The notes: a model not told the origin generated them from the letters alone. A stretch of 64,000 bases of DNA from a candidate division WOR-3 bacterium (GCA_026986775.1 JALSNX010000028.1:7609-71608); one strand, 5' to 3'. Positions 27,356-37,172 are shown, counted from the first letter of the stretch. Numbers and translations are program-made.

Positions 27356-29844
27356 TGCTTTATTCTTTTCACATACTCCCTGTGAAGTTTCTCAGCCTCA
27401 TCTCTGTTCAGTGCTTCCACGAACACATGAAAGTAAGGCTCAAATTCATCTGGATGAATCATCACCCACGAATCTTTATACACTATTTTGATACCATCAA
27501 GGAATGAGGCTTCCTCTCCATGAGCAAGTTCACTCATCTTTCTCATAACAGTTCCTTTTCTATCCCACGGACAGGCGACCTTTTCATGTATAAAATATGG
27601 CCTCTTTAAATCACTGTAAAAGCCATTGATATCCTTTCCAACTCCTGCAAGCATTTCCAGTATTTTACCGATTGCAAACATACCATCTTCTGCTATCTGA
27701 AACTCCGGAAAAATAAAGGCGCCATTCCCCGATGCTACAAGTTTCATATCCGGTGTCTTTGCCTCCTGCGCCATAACTCTTGGATTTGTTGCAATAGGTC
27801 TTACTTCAAAGCCCATTCTCTCGCCTTCTTCAAACACAATTTTAGGAGTATAGGGTGGCACTGCAATGACACCATGTTCGCCATAGGAAAGGGTAAGCAT
27901 GGAGACAAAAACCAGAAGGTCAATACCCTCTATAACATTGCCTCTGTTATCCACAACAATAATCTTCTCGCCATTGGGATAAAGATAAAATCCGACGTCA
28001 AATTTGAGAGATTTTACTATCTTCCCAAGTTCTATGAGCCTCTTTTTGATAACCTCTTCACTCTTAGAAATCTTCCTGTAATCACTGTAAGAATTGAGTG
28101 TAACTACATCCTCAACAAGCTCCTCTATCATGTACAAAAATCTTGGGGCGGTTGTTCCATTTGAGAGGTCAAGAACAATTCTAAACTTCCGTTGCCTTAT
28201 TAGCTCTGTGTTAAGAGCCTTTTTAAATCCCTCCTCATAAAAATCCCAGAGCCTTGTTTCAAAGCTAATACTTCCCACCTCATAATGATGGGCACGCCTG
28301 AAGTCTTCCCTGTAATAAATTCTTTCTATGGATTTGGCTTCAGAACCTGATATATCAACACCATTAGAGTCATAGAAATAGATTTCTGTGGATTCAGGCT
28401 CAGTGGGAGACTGTTTGAAGTAAACGCCTCCCATCTCACCAAAAGTTTGAAGTTTATATCTTAAAACAGGTATTGGAATGTTCTGTGCGTCCTTTACCTG
28501 CACTCCCGTGGACGCAAGTCCACCCATAAATGACCTTCTAAGCATTCTTGAGGCAGGATGTGCATCCCTTCCCAGTAAGATGGTTGCATTTCTCGGTAAC
28601 ACTGTTCCGTATGCAGAACCAAGTTTGGTGGTCATTTCAGGCGTAAGCTCAATATTTGTAAGCCCCTTTATAAATGAACCCTGAAACAGTGCCTTTTTCC
28701 ATTTCTCACCCCATACAAGGTTAAAAGATACAACTGAACCCTGCTCTATCTTCTTACTCGGCCATATTTTTATCCCCTCTTTAACAACAGACTCCCTTCC
28801 TATTCTGCACTCATCCCCTATAACCGCACCCTCCTGAATATGAACATTCTCCTCAACATAGACTCCATTCATTAAAACTGCTTTCTCAATTTTTGTGGCC
28901 TTTTTGAGATAAACATTATCCCAGAGTATTGCACCATCAAGAACAACATCGTCCTCTATTACACAATTATTGCCTATAACCGAGAGCCTTATCTTGGAGT
29001 TTTTGCCGATCCTGGTATTATTACCTATGATAATGGTACCCTGAAAGTTTACATTCTTTCCCAAAACCACATCCTCCCCGATACGAACATCCCTTCCTAC
29101 AAGGTCAAGCTTCTTTCCCGGCACTTCAACGTTAACCATACCATTTAAAATATCGTAATTTGCCAGTCTGTATGAATCAGGGTCTCCTATATCCCTCCAG
29201 TACCCTTCTGATATAAAACCAAACAACCTTTTCTTTTCATTCAGAAGTGCTGGGTAGAGATTCTTTGAAAAATCATATTCCTCATCCTGTGGTATCCTTT
29301 CAATCATCTCGTCGGTAAGAAGGTAAATACCGGTATTTATGGTATCAGAAAATACCTCTCCCCATGTGGGCTTTTCCAGAAACTTAATTATTCTACCCTC
29401 TTCATCTGTAATAACTATACCAAATTGAAGTGGATTATCCACTCTGGTAAGACCGATGGTAACATCAGCAGATTTTTTGTTGTGAAAATCAAGCATTTCT
29501 GAAAGTTCAAAGTCAGTGAGAAGGTCACCACTTATGATAAGATAAAGGTCATCAGGAAATCTATCCCTTGCAAACCTTACAGCACCAGCGGTTCCAAGGT
29601 CTTTATTTGGTATAACATAGTTTATCCTCACTCCGAAATCACTTCCATCGCCGAAAAAGTTCTTGATATATTCTGGGTGATAATAAAGGAGCATAACGAT
29701 ATCAGTTATACCATGTCTTCTAAGAAGTTTCACTATATGCTCCAGGACAGGACGATTTACAAGAGGAAGCATGGGTTTTGGAATATTTACGGTAAGGGGC
29801 CTTATTCTGGTCCCGAACCCACCTGCCATTACAAAGGCTTTCAT
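27343..29844 (-). CDS. Bifunctional sugar-1-phosphate nucleotidyltransferase (GDP-mannose/NDP-glucose pyrophosphorylase-like, with a left-handed beta-helix) fused to a phosphomannomutase/phosphoglucomutase domain
   Basis: 833 aa. N-terminal MKAFVMAGGFGTRIRPLT...PKPML. A hexapeptide-repeat middle region. The C-terminal half has alpha-D-phosphohexomutase character. Confidence 0.8.
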   Translation of the reverse strand: MKAFVMAGGFGTRIRPLTVNIPKPMLPLVNRPVLEHIVKLLRRHGITDIVMLLYYHPEYIKNFFGDGSDFGVRINYVIPNKDLGTAGAVRFARDRFPDDLYLIISGDLLTDFELSEMLDFHNKKSADVTIGLTRVDNPLQFGIVITDEEGRIIKFLEKPTWGEVFSDTINTGIYLLTDEMIERIPQDEEYDFSKNLYPALLNEKKRLFGFISEGYWRDIGDPDSYRLANYDILNGMVNVEVPGKKLDLVGRDVRIGEDVVLGKNVNFQGTIIIGNNTRIGKNSKIRLSVIGNNCVIEDDVVLDGAILWDNVYLKKATKIEKAVLMNGVYVEENVHIQEGAVIGDECRIGRESVVKEGIKIWPSKKIEQGSVVSFNLVWGEKWKKALFQGSFIKGLTNIELTPEMTTKLGSAYGTVLPRNATILLGRDAHPASRMLRRSFMGGLASTGVQVKDAQNIPIPVLRYKLQTFGEMGGVYFKQSPTEPESTEIYFYDSNGVDISGSEAKSIERIYYREDFRRAHHYEVGSISFETRLWDFYEEGFKKALNTELIRQRKFRIVLDLSNGTTAPRFLYMIEELVEDVVTLNSYSDYRKISKSEEVIKKRLIELGKIVKSLKFDVGFYLYPNGEKIIVVDNRGNVIEGIDLLVFVSMLTLSYGEHGVIAVPPYTPKIVFEEGERMGFEVRPIATNPRVMAQEAKTPDMKLVASGNGAFIFPEFQIAEDGMFAIGKILEMLAGVGKDINGFYSDLKRPYFIHEKVACPWDRKGTVMRKMSELAHGEEASFLDGIKIVYKDSWVMIHPDEFEPYFHVFVEALNRDEAEKLHREYVKRIKQWIK

Positions 29845-30215
29845 TTTTTTCTCTCCGAAAGAAGCCTTTTAATTTCGTTTTTAAGCTCTGTGAGATCTGC
29901 CTGTTTAACCACGTAGGCATCAGCAAACCAGGACATATAATCTTCCTGATAGGAAACATAAGCAGTACTCAGAATAACAGGTATCTTGAGTTCTTCCTTC
30001 ACAATTTTCTGAAGGGCATCAAGTCCTGACATACCTTTCATCTTTATATCAAGAACTATCAGGTCTATATCCCTATCCTTTTGAAGTATCTCTAAAGCTT
30101 CTTCTCCACTTGATGCAAGCAGTACCTCATACCCTTCTTTGGTAAATGTTGTTTTGTAGAGCAATCTTATGTTGTCTTCGTCGTCCACAAACAAAATCCG
30201 AGGCTTCTTATCCAT
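29841..30215 (-). CDS. Stand-alone CheY-like response regulator receiver domain
   Basis: 124 aa. ILFVDDEDNIRLL...DLIVLDIKMKGMSGLDAL...PVILSTA contains the phospho-acceptor Asp pocket. Confidence 0.85.
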   Translation of the reverse strand: MDKKPRILFVDDEDNIRLLYKTTFTKEGYEVLLASSGEEALEILQKDRDIDLIVLDIKMKGMSGLDALQKIVKEELKIPVILSTAYVSYQEDYMSWFADAYVVKQADLTELKNEIKRLLSERKK

Positions 30216-30279
30216 TTTATTCCTCCCGTTAGGTGTTTTTATGTTAAAGGAAAACAGGTGTTTTTTAAATCTATGAACC

Positions 30280-31854
30280 TTATAAAAGTCCTTTTCTCAA
30301 AGCTTTAAATCTATACATTTCACTATCGGCCTCTTTAATGAGCTTTGTAAGTTTTTTGCCATGCTCTGGATAAATGGCAACCCCATAGGAAAAGGAATGG
30401 GGCTTTTCAGTTTCCCCACCTATCTTTTCAAGGCTTTCCTTTTCAAATATTTCCTTTATCCTTTCTATGGTGCTTACTGCCTCCTCTCTATCAGAACCCC
30501 ACAGTATAACTATAAATTCATCGCCTCCGTACCGCACAATAAAATCGGACTTTCTGAGGTTCCTTTTAAACACTTCCACAAGTAATGTTAGAAGTCTGTC
30601 ACCATAGAGGTGACCCATGGTATCATTTACCCTCTTTAAGGAATCAAGGTCAATAAAGACAAGTGCAAATTTTCTTCGGTCTCTATCTGCTGTTGAAATA
30701 AGCCTTTCAAACTCGTTTTCAAGATAAGCATATGTGTATGCTCCTGTCAAACTATCAATAAAAGCAAGCTCCTTAAGACGCAGCATAACCTCTGCTGCCT
30801 GAAGAACAGGCGCTATCGTACCTGCAACGGCCTCTATGAACTGTCTGTCATACATTGAGAAGGAATCTTTTTCTTTGGATTCTATGTCAATCACACCCAC
30901 CACCTTATTTCTTATGATTACGGGTATGGCAATCTCTGACTTTACATCTTCCCCGGGAGTGGGATAAAATCTCAAATCTCTGGAAACGTCGTTGGAAATA
31001 ACAGGCACCCTGTGTTTAAAAGCGTAAGTGGAAAGCCCCTTATCAGTCGGCATCCTTAAACCAACAACATTTTCGTTTGCTCCAACCTGTGCCACCACCT
31101 TCAGACTATTTCCTTCTGGCACAAGAAGAAAATACTTACCCTCTATCTTCAAAACATCTTTTATAATGAGAAGTACCCTTCTGAAGAAATTCTCAACATC
31201 GGAGAGATTCTTTATTTCCTCACCAATGCGGTAAATCGCCTGCAATCTGAGGATAGGAGCGTACAGTCTCTTTTCCCTTTTAATAATATCTTCATAATCG
31301 GTTGTATCAAATTTAATGGGTTTTAATACCCTGCAGGCAACCTCCACCACATCCGCATCCCACCTTGAACCAACGGACTTTTTAAGTTCAGCCTTGGCTT
31401 CCTTTGAGGTAAAAGCTTTACGATAAGGACGATCTTCTGTAAGGGCAGCATAAGCATTGCACACAGCCAGAATCCGAACTTCAAGTGGTAATGAGAGAGA
31501 TGGAATACCATCAGGATACCCCTTTCCATTGACATACTCATGGTGCCATCTTGCCCACTGCGCATAACTTTTAAGTGCATCTATTTTTCCAATAAGCTTT
31601 TCACTGTAAACCGGGTGTTCTTTCATAATAGCAATCTCTTCAGTCTCAAGATTACGTGTCTTGGTAAGCACCATCTCTGGAATTATAATCTTTCCTATAT
31701 CATGCAGAAAGGCTACATAGTATAGCTCATCGCTGTAAACACCCATGGCCTGAGCAACTTTCTTTGTGTACTCCGCTACCCTGTAGCCATGACCGAGAAG
31801 ATTCGGATGTCTCAGCTCTGGTAAAATTGACAAAAGTTCAACCCATTTTCTCAT
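30280..31854 (-). CDS. c-di-GMP turnover protein: HD-GYP phosphodiesterase domain, GAF domain and GGDEF diguanylate cyclase domain
   Basis: 524 aa. HDIGK...HHEYVNGKGYPDG (HD-GYP). A GAF-like middle region. C-terminal RYGGDEF. Confidence 0.85.
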   Translation of the reverse strand: MRKWVELLSILPELRHPNLLGHGYRVAEYTKKVAQAMGVYSDELYYVAFLHDIGKIIIPEMVLTKTRNLETEEIAIMKEHPVYSEKLIGKIDALKSYAQWARWHHEYVNGKGYPDGIPSLSLPLEVRILAVCNAYAALTEDRPYRKAFTSKEAKAELKKSVGSRWDADVVEVACRVLKPIKFDTTDYEDIIKREKRLYAPILRLQAIYRIGEEIKNLSDVENFFRRVLLIIKDVLKIEGKYFLLVPEGNSLKVVAQVGANENVVGLRMPTDKGLSTYAFKHRVPVISNDVSRDLRFYPTPGEDVKSEIAIPVIIRNKVVGVIDIESKEKDSFSMYDRQFIEAVAGTIAPVLQAAEVMLRLKELAFIDSLTGAYTYAYLENEFERLISTADRDRRKFALVFIDLDSLKRVNDTMGHLYGDRLLTLLVEVFKRNLRKSDFIVRYGGDEFIVILWGSDREEAVSTIERIKEIFEKESLEKIGGETEKPHSFSYGVAIYPEHGKKLTKLIKEADSEMYRFKALRKGLL

Positions 31855-31880
31855 AGTTACATCATAATAATCCTACCCCT

Positions 31881-31909
31881 TTGACCAGTCAAGAATTTAC
31901 TTTTAGAAT
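31881..31909 (+). promoter_or_regulatory. Sigma-70 promoter TTGACC-N17-TAGAAT, giving an apparently leaderless transcript for the Dak2-DegV gene
   Basis: -35 at 31881..31886 and -10 at 31904..31909. The ATG at 31916 is only 6 nt past the -10, and there is no SD. Confidence 0.45.
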
Positions 31910-31915
31910 ATACTT

Positions 31916-33706
31916 ATGACTGAGAAGAAAAAAATACTAAAAGGACCGGACTTTGCAAAGGGTATACTTACTGCAATTGCAAACCTTTTGAAAAGAAGGG
32001 AATTTTTGAACTCAATCAATGTGTTCCCGGTACCTGATGGAGATACCGGTTCTAACCTTTCACATACCCTGAAGGGAGCAGCACCCATACTCATAGAAGC
32101 AGGTGAACAGCTCAAACTGTGTGAAGTTGTCAAAAGATTTTCAGAATCTCTTGTTTTGGAGGCAAAAGGTAACTCCGGAGTTATTCTATCTCAATTTTTC
32201 ATAGAGTTTCAGGAGGCTATAAAAGGAAAAGAATCACTGACTGGAAAGGAGTTTGCAAAAGCCCTGAAACAGGCTGTTGATAATACCTACAGGGCAATAG
32301 AAAATCCTGTAGAGGGAACCATTTTGAGCGTTATGCGGGATTCTGCCAATGCGGCTTTAAAATCCGCTAAAAGACACGATACATTTGTTGATGTTCTTGA
32401 AGACGTATATCACGAGACTTTGAAATCACTTGAAAAGACAAAAAAGGCCATGCTCAGGCTGAAAGGTAAAGAGGTAATTGACGCAGGTGCCTTTGGCTAT
32501 TTTCTATTAATTGAAGGGCTTTACAGATATTTTAAAGACGGACATTATGAAATACCGGATATAGACTTTGAAGACGAGCAAAAGAAAAGCGATTATATAG
32601 AGCAGGAAGAAATTAAAGAGAGATACTGCACCGAAGCTGTTATTGAAGGCGAAAACCTTTCTCAGAAAAAATTAAAAATACTTCTGGCCGCCCTTGGAAG
32701 TTCTCTTATTGTAATGGGAGCAGGGAAACTGTTTCACATTCACGTTCATACCAACTGGCCGGATAAAGTGTTTGATGTTCTGAAAAAAGAAGGACGAATA
32801 ATAAAGAAGAAAATAGACGACATGATTCAGATGAATCAGGAGGCTCAGAAAAAGGAACTGGGAATAGTTGTGGACTCTGCCTCTGACATGCCCATAGACA
32901 CAGCTCAGGAAAAGGACATTTACATAGTGCCACTTACCGTATTTATTGATGGAACGCCATACAGGGAAGGCGTTGACATAACGAGGGAAGAGATTACAAA
33001 AATAATTCTTGAAGGAAAACACGAAATTAAAACCTCACAACCCTCACCCAATGATTTCAAACAGGCTATTGATAGGGCATTTGAGAAATACAGAAACGTT
33101 TTGATAATCACACTTTCGTCCAGTCTTTCAGGTACATTTGGAGCTGCCCAGCTTGCCCAGAAATCTTATAAAGATAAGAGTGAAAGCATATTCGTATTTG
33201 ACTCAAGAATGGCATCCTTAGGTGAGACTCTTCTGGCAATAAGAGCAAGAGAAAAAGCAGAGGAAGGATACTCTCCACGAGAAATAGTTTCATACCTCAA
33301 TAAACTGGTTTCCTACTCAAAGTATCTCCTCGTGGTGGGCGATCTGAAATCCCTTATAAAGCGTGGAAAAATAGGTAAAATAAGCGGCGCCATTGGAACC
33401 TACCTCAAAATAAAACCTATATTAACCTTTGATGAGCAGGGAGCATTATACGCCCAGGAGAAAATCATGGGTCTGGACAGGGCAATTAGAAAAATGGGAG
33501 AAATGCTTGAGGAATCTTTAAGGAAAACCTGGACATATGACTTTGGATTTACTCACTTTGCTTTTGAAGAGGGAATGAAAAAACTTGAAGAATTCGTCAT
33601 AAGCAGATTCTCAGCACATACTGTTTTCAGAACATGGGCTTCACCGGTAATAGGAGCCTATACAGGTCCTGATTCTGTGGGAGTTGTTGCCATACCAAGG
33701 ATATAA
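31916..33706 (+). CDS. Fusion of a Dak2/FakA-like kinase domain with a DegV/FakB fatty-acid-binding domain (single-chain fatty acid kinase-like)
   Basis: 596 aa. N-terminal FPVPDGDTGSNL and AKGNSGVILSQ (Dak2/YloV). The C-terminal half has IVVDSASDMP...VPLTVFIDGTPYREGVDIT...TSQPSPNDF...LSSSLSGTFGAAQ (DegV). Confidence 0.8.
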   Translation: MTEKKKILKGPDFAKGILTAIANLLKRREFLNSINVFPVPDGDTGSNLSHTLKGAAPILIEAGEQLKLCEVVKRFSESLVLEAKGNSGVILSQFFIEFQEAIKGKESLTGKEFAKALKQAVDNTYRAIENPVEGTILSVMRDSANAALKSAKRHDTFVDVLEDVYHETLKSLEKTKKAMLRLKGKEVIDAGAFGYFLLIEGLYRYFKDGHYEIPDIDFEDEQKKSDYIEQEEIKERYCTEAVIEGENLSQKKLKILLAALGSSLIVMGAGKLFHIHVHTNWPDKVFDVLKKEGRIIKKKIDDMIQMNQEAQKKELGIVVDSASDMPIDTAQEKDIYIVPLTVFIDGTPYREGVDITREEITKIILEGKHEIKTSQPSPNDFKQAIDRAFEKYRNVLIITLSSSLSGTFGAAQLAQKSYKDKSESIFVFDSRMASLGETLLAIRAREKAEEGYSPREIVSYLNKLVSYSKYLLVVGDLKSLIKRGKIGKISGAIGTYLKIKPILTFDEQGALYAQEKIMGLDRAIRKMGEMLEESLRKTWTYDFGFTHFAFEEGMKKLEEFVISRFSAHTVFRTWASPVIGAYTGPDSVGVVAIPRI

Positions 33707-33717
33707 AAGAAAGAGTA

Positions 33718-34899
33718 TCAGAAATGTCTATTTTTTACTCCAGCACGTGCTCTGAAAAGCTCAATCATCTCTTTTAAACTTCTTAATGACGCATCGGGGT
33801 CTTTTAGAGCAAGTTTTGTATGATTTAGAACCCTTAAAACCCAGAGTTTAAAAAGAAGCTTTCTCCATTCTTCAATGGTAGGGTCAAAATGTTTCATAAA
33901 TATCTCATAGGACTCATACCATAGTGTCGGATTCATAAAATCGTAATCTCCATCAGAAATTGCTTTTGATACCCTTTCTCTTATATGGGAGGGGAAGTAC
34001 TCTAAAAGCAATGACTTCATCTTCTCGGTCCACCCCTCTTTAAACTCTCTTATAGTACCATCTATATCAAAGGCTATACGGGTCTTGTATTCCTGTGGAA
34101 CCTCCACTGTATTGTCTTTATGGTAAACCATTCTATCCGTATCTATCCTGAGGTTTTTATTTTCCCGTATAAAATCAAAGCACTCCACAGTCATGGTTTC
34201 AAGGTCACTGAGTTTGCCATAGAGTTTATGGTGCTTTCCCTCTTTAATATAAACCTCATACAGTTTAACCCCATATCTTGCAAAAGATATAGTCAAAGCT
34301 GTATCTATGGACCAGTCACTCGCCTCTAAAACAATTTTATCTTTTGCCAGTCGTTCTGCAACTTCTCGTGTAAACCCCAGTTCTCCTCCAAGTGGCTGCT
34401 CTATATCGGGAAGAATTGTATGTGGCCACACATACGCAAAGCCGGTTCTCGTAATATTCCATGTAACCATTGCATCTGTATAGGCTCTCGGGAAAAAGCA
34501 TCTTGATACATGGTATCCTTCATCAAGCCTAAGCTGTACCCTATCAATCCATGTTCTGGAAAAGGACTTTATATCAGCATCGTAAAAGTGCAGAAATTTC
34601 TCTTTTCCTCTCTCAACAAAATATTGAATTGCAGTATTCATCCCATCACCCTTACCCGCTCGTCTTTTTGTTCCAAGTCTCTTCTGTATTATAAGTGATA
34701 TTCTGCTTTTTTCCTCTGCTTTAAGCGTGCTTATAAAATCAGATATACCTCTGTAAGTCTCATTTTCATTATAACCTACCAGAATTACATGCCCCACTCT
34801 TTCATGAGAAAGAGCCTCTTTTATATTATTTTTGAAATCTTCCACGTTTTCTTTTTTGAAGGGAAAACAAACGGCAATGTCTTTTTGCCCCTTTTCCAT
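33718..34899 (-). CDS. GT55-like glycosyltransferase, candidate mannosyl-3-phosphoglycerate synthase (compatible-solute synthesis)
   Basis: 393 aa. GKGDGM and FYDADI (DXD) motifs resemble MpgS. It is near a bifunctional mannose-1-P guanylyltransferase/PMM-like gene. I have no phosphatase partner in the window. Confidence 0.45.
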   Translation of the reverse strand: MEKGQKDIAVCFPFKKENVEDFKNNIKEALSHERVGHVILVGYNENETYRGISDFISTLKAEEKSRISLIIQKRLGTKRRAGKGDGMNTAIQYFVERGKEKFLHFYDADIKSFSRTWIDRVQLRLDEGYHVSRCFFPRAYTDAMVTWNITRTGFAYVWPHTILPDIEQPLGGELGFTREVAERLAKDKIVLEASDWSIDTALTISFARYGVKLYEVYIKEGKHHKLYGKLSDLETMTVECFDFIRENKNLRIDTDRMVYHKDNTVEVPQEYKTRIAFDIDGTIREFKEGWTEKMKSLLLEYFPSHIRERVSKAISDGDYDFMNPTLWYESYEIFMKHFDPTIEEWRKLLFKLWVLRVLNHTKLALKDPDASLRSLKEMIELFRARAGVKNRHF

Positions 34900-34919
34900 G
34901 CCTCTCCTCCATTTTCAAA

Positions 34920-37166
34920 TTAAAACTGAGTGCCGAACTGAATATGGGGAACCCACTTGCCTCCATTGTTATTAAACCCATAGGCAAGGTCAAATCCAAC
35001 AATGCCCAGCATGGGCATTTCCATTCTTATTCCAATACCTGCACCTTTTTTTAGAACAAAAGGACGCATGTAAGATGAGTTTTTCCATGCATTTCCGGCA
35101 TCAAAAAACAAAAGTCCATAGGTACTTTCACTGAATCTATACCTCAATTCCATTGTACCAATCAGAAAAACCCGTCCACCTACGTTCACACCATTTTCAT
35201 GGGGGCCAACACTTCTGAGCTCATATCCTCGCAATCCAAACGCTCCAACATCTCCAAGGAAAAACCTTTCATTGAATGGCACGTCTTCAGCCGCATAAAG
35301 TCCAACCACACTGCCTGTAAATCCACGCAGAGCAAGTATTATTTTCCTCCTGTAGTTAAAGAGCTGTGACCTTTCAACAGTAAGCTTTCCAAAATTGGCA
35401 TCCCCCATGAGTGGACCGCCTGCAAGTTTGGTTGTTACAACAGTTCTTTCTCCATTCATTGCATTAAAAGACCTGTCCCGTGTATCTCTTGTGAATGTCA
35501 GTGTAATGGCAGAGGTTAGAACAGGCTTTTCCTGTGTCCACTCCTCAAATTCGGGCAATGATTTTAACTCGTCAGGAATATCCTTGAGAGTAACCCTTTC
35601 AAGGGTGTAGCCATAACCAAGATAATTGAAGTCACTTATGATTCTCTGACGATACCCCAGAGAGAACCCTTCCTTTTGTTCAGTATAGGAAGGTAAATAT
35701 CTCGTTGTATAATACACTGCTCCAGAGAAAGACCGTCTCTTTCCTCCAATCCACGGAATCGTGTAATTCAGAGATACATTTCGTCTCTGAGCGCCATATT
35801 CAACAATACCACCTACAGTCTGGCCTCTTCCAAGGAAATTTGGCTCCTGAATCTGAAAATAAAAAGATAATCCATCTATTTCAGAATATGTTGCTCCAAG
35901 TCCAAGCTGGCCTGTTGATTTTTCCTCCACTTTGAATGTCACGTCTATTTGAGAAGAATCTGACGTCTCTGAAAAATCCATTGAGACATTACTGAAATAA
36001 TTGAGGTAATAGAGGTTCCGCTGAGACCTTATGGCCATCTTTCTTGAAAAATACTCACCGGGGAAAAGATACAGCTCTCTTCTTATAACTTCATCAAAGG
36101 TCTTTGTATTACCTTTGATATTGACTTTCCTGACTCTGACCCTAACCCCCTCATTGATATAAACGATGAAATCAACCGTATCGCCCCGTACACTATCACG
36201 CGGATATACAGTTGCATAGATATACCCGGAATCAGCATAAAGTGACTGAATATTCTCAAGACTCTTTTCTAATTTCTTCTGAGAATATACCGCTTTTGGC
36301 CGTAGAACCCATAAGAGGTTCAAAAGTCTGCTCTTAAACAATTTGTTACCTTCAAATCTCACCTTACCGGCATAATACTTCTTTCCCTCTGTAATATATA
36401 TCCTTATATAGATGTCCTTTCCTTTTCTATCCACCTTAAACGAATCAACACGGGCATTCATATATCCACGATTTCTATAATACTCCTCTATTTTCTTCAT
36501 ATCATTCTGAAGTTCTTCTCTTTTAAGTTTGCCCGACCTCAAAAAGCCACGTGGCTTATTCTTCATCTTTGCAATCAGCTTTTTATCTTTAAATACGGTG
36601 TTACCAAAGATTTCAACCTTTTTTATGCGCGCTTTAGGACCTTCGTTAATCTCAAAAACCACATCCGTGAGACATCCTTTTCTGTTTCTATAAGAATAAC
36701 TTATCTCTGCATAGGGATAGCCTTTCTCTGTATAAATATCTTTTATGTACGCTACTGTTTCTTCAAGAAGAGCATCGGAAACTGGGTCACCCCTGTGAAG
36801 GGGAAAACGCTTTATAACCTTTTCCTCTGTATTTTCACCAGTGCCAACCTCTTTAGTACGGTCTTTTGTAAGTTCCGAAGTTTTGACCTTCCTGTTGCCC
36901 TTGAATATGATACTATCCACTCTGGGATTCTCAGTAATATATAGATAGATATCAAGGGAGTCTCCATTTCTTACCGCTCTCACTCTCACCTGCTCTGCAA
37001 AGTTATGCTTTATAAGGTCTTTTATCGCTTTATCAATTTCCGGATAGGATATATCAACGTCCTCTCTTAGTCCTGTAAATGTACGGTAAAAATCGGTGCG
37101 GTTGCACATTGCACCTGAAAAACTCACGGTTCTTATTACGAAGGAAACAAGAAAGGCTATCAACAT
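34920..37166 (-). CDS. bamA: Outer membrane protein assembly factor BamA (Omp85) with POTRA repeats plus a C-terminal beta-barrel
   Basis: 748 aa. Signal peptide, repeated POTRA-like modules. The barrel ends ...VPHIQFGTQF with the C-terminal aromatic residue. Confidence 0.85.
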   Translation of the reverse strand: MLIAFLVSFVIRTVSFSGAMCNRTDFYRTFTGLREDVDISYPEIDKAIKDLIKHNFAEQVRVRAVRNGDSLDIYLYITENPRVDSIIFKGNRKVKTSELTKDRTKEVGTGENTEEKVIKRFPLHRGDPVSDALLEETVAYIKDIYTEKGYPYAEISYSYRNRKGCLTDVVFEINEGPKARIKKVEIFGNTVFKDKKLIAKMKNKPRGFLRSGKLKREELQNDMKKIEEYYRNRGYMNARVDSFKVDRKGKDIYIRIYITEGKKYYAGKVRFEGNKLFKSRLLNLLWVLRPKAVYSQKKLEKSLENIQSLYADSGYIYATVYPRDSVRGDTVDFIVYINEGVRVRVRKVNIKGNTKTFDEVIRRELYLFPGEYFSRKMAIRSQRNLYYLNYFSNVSMDFSETSDSSQIDVTFKVEEKSTGQLGLGATYSEIDGLSFYFQIQEPNFLGRGQTVGGIVEYGAQRRNVSLNYTIPWIGGKRRSFSGAVYYTTRYLPSYTEQKEGFSLGYRQRIISDFNYLGYGYTLERVTLKDIPDELKSLPEFEEWTQEKPVLTSAITLTFTRDTRDRSFNAMNGERTVVTTKLAGGPLMGDANFGKLTVERSQLFNYRRKIILALRGFTGSVVGLYAAEDVPFNERFFLGDVGAFGLRGYELRSVGPHENGVNVGGRVFLIGTMELRYRFSESTYGLLFFDAGNAWKNSSYMRPFVLKKGAGIGIRMEMPMLGIVGFDLAYGFNNNGGKWVPHIQFGTQF

Positions 37167-37172
37167 AACTAT

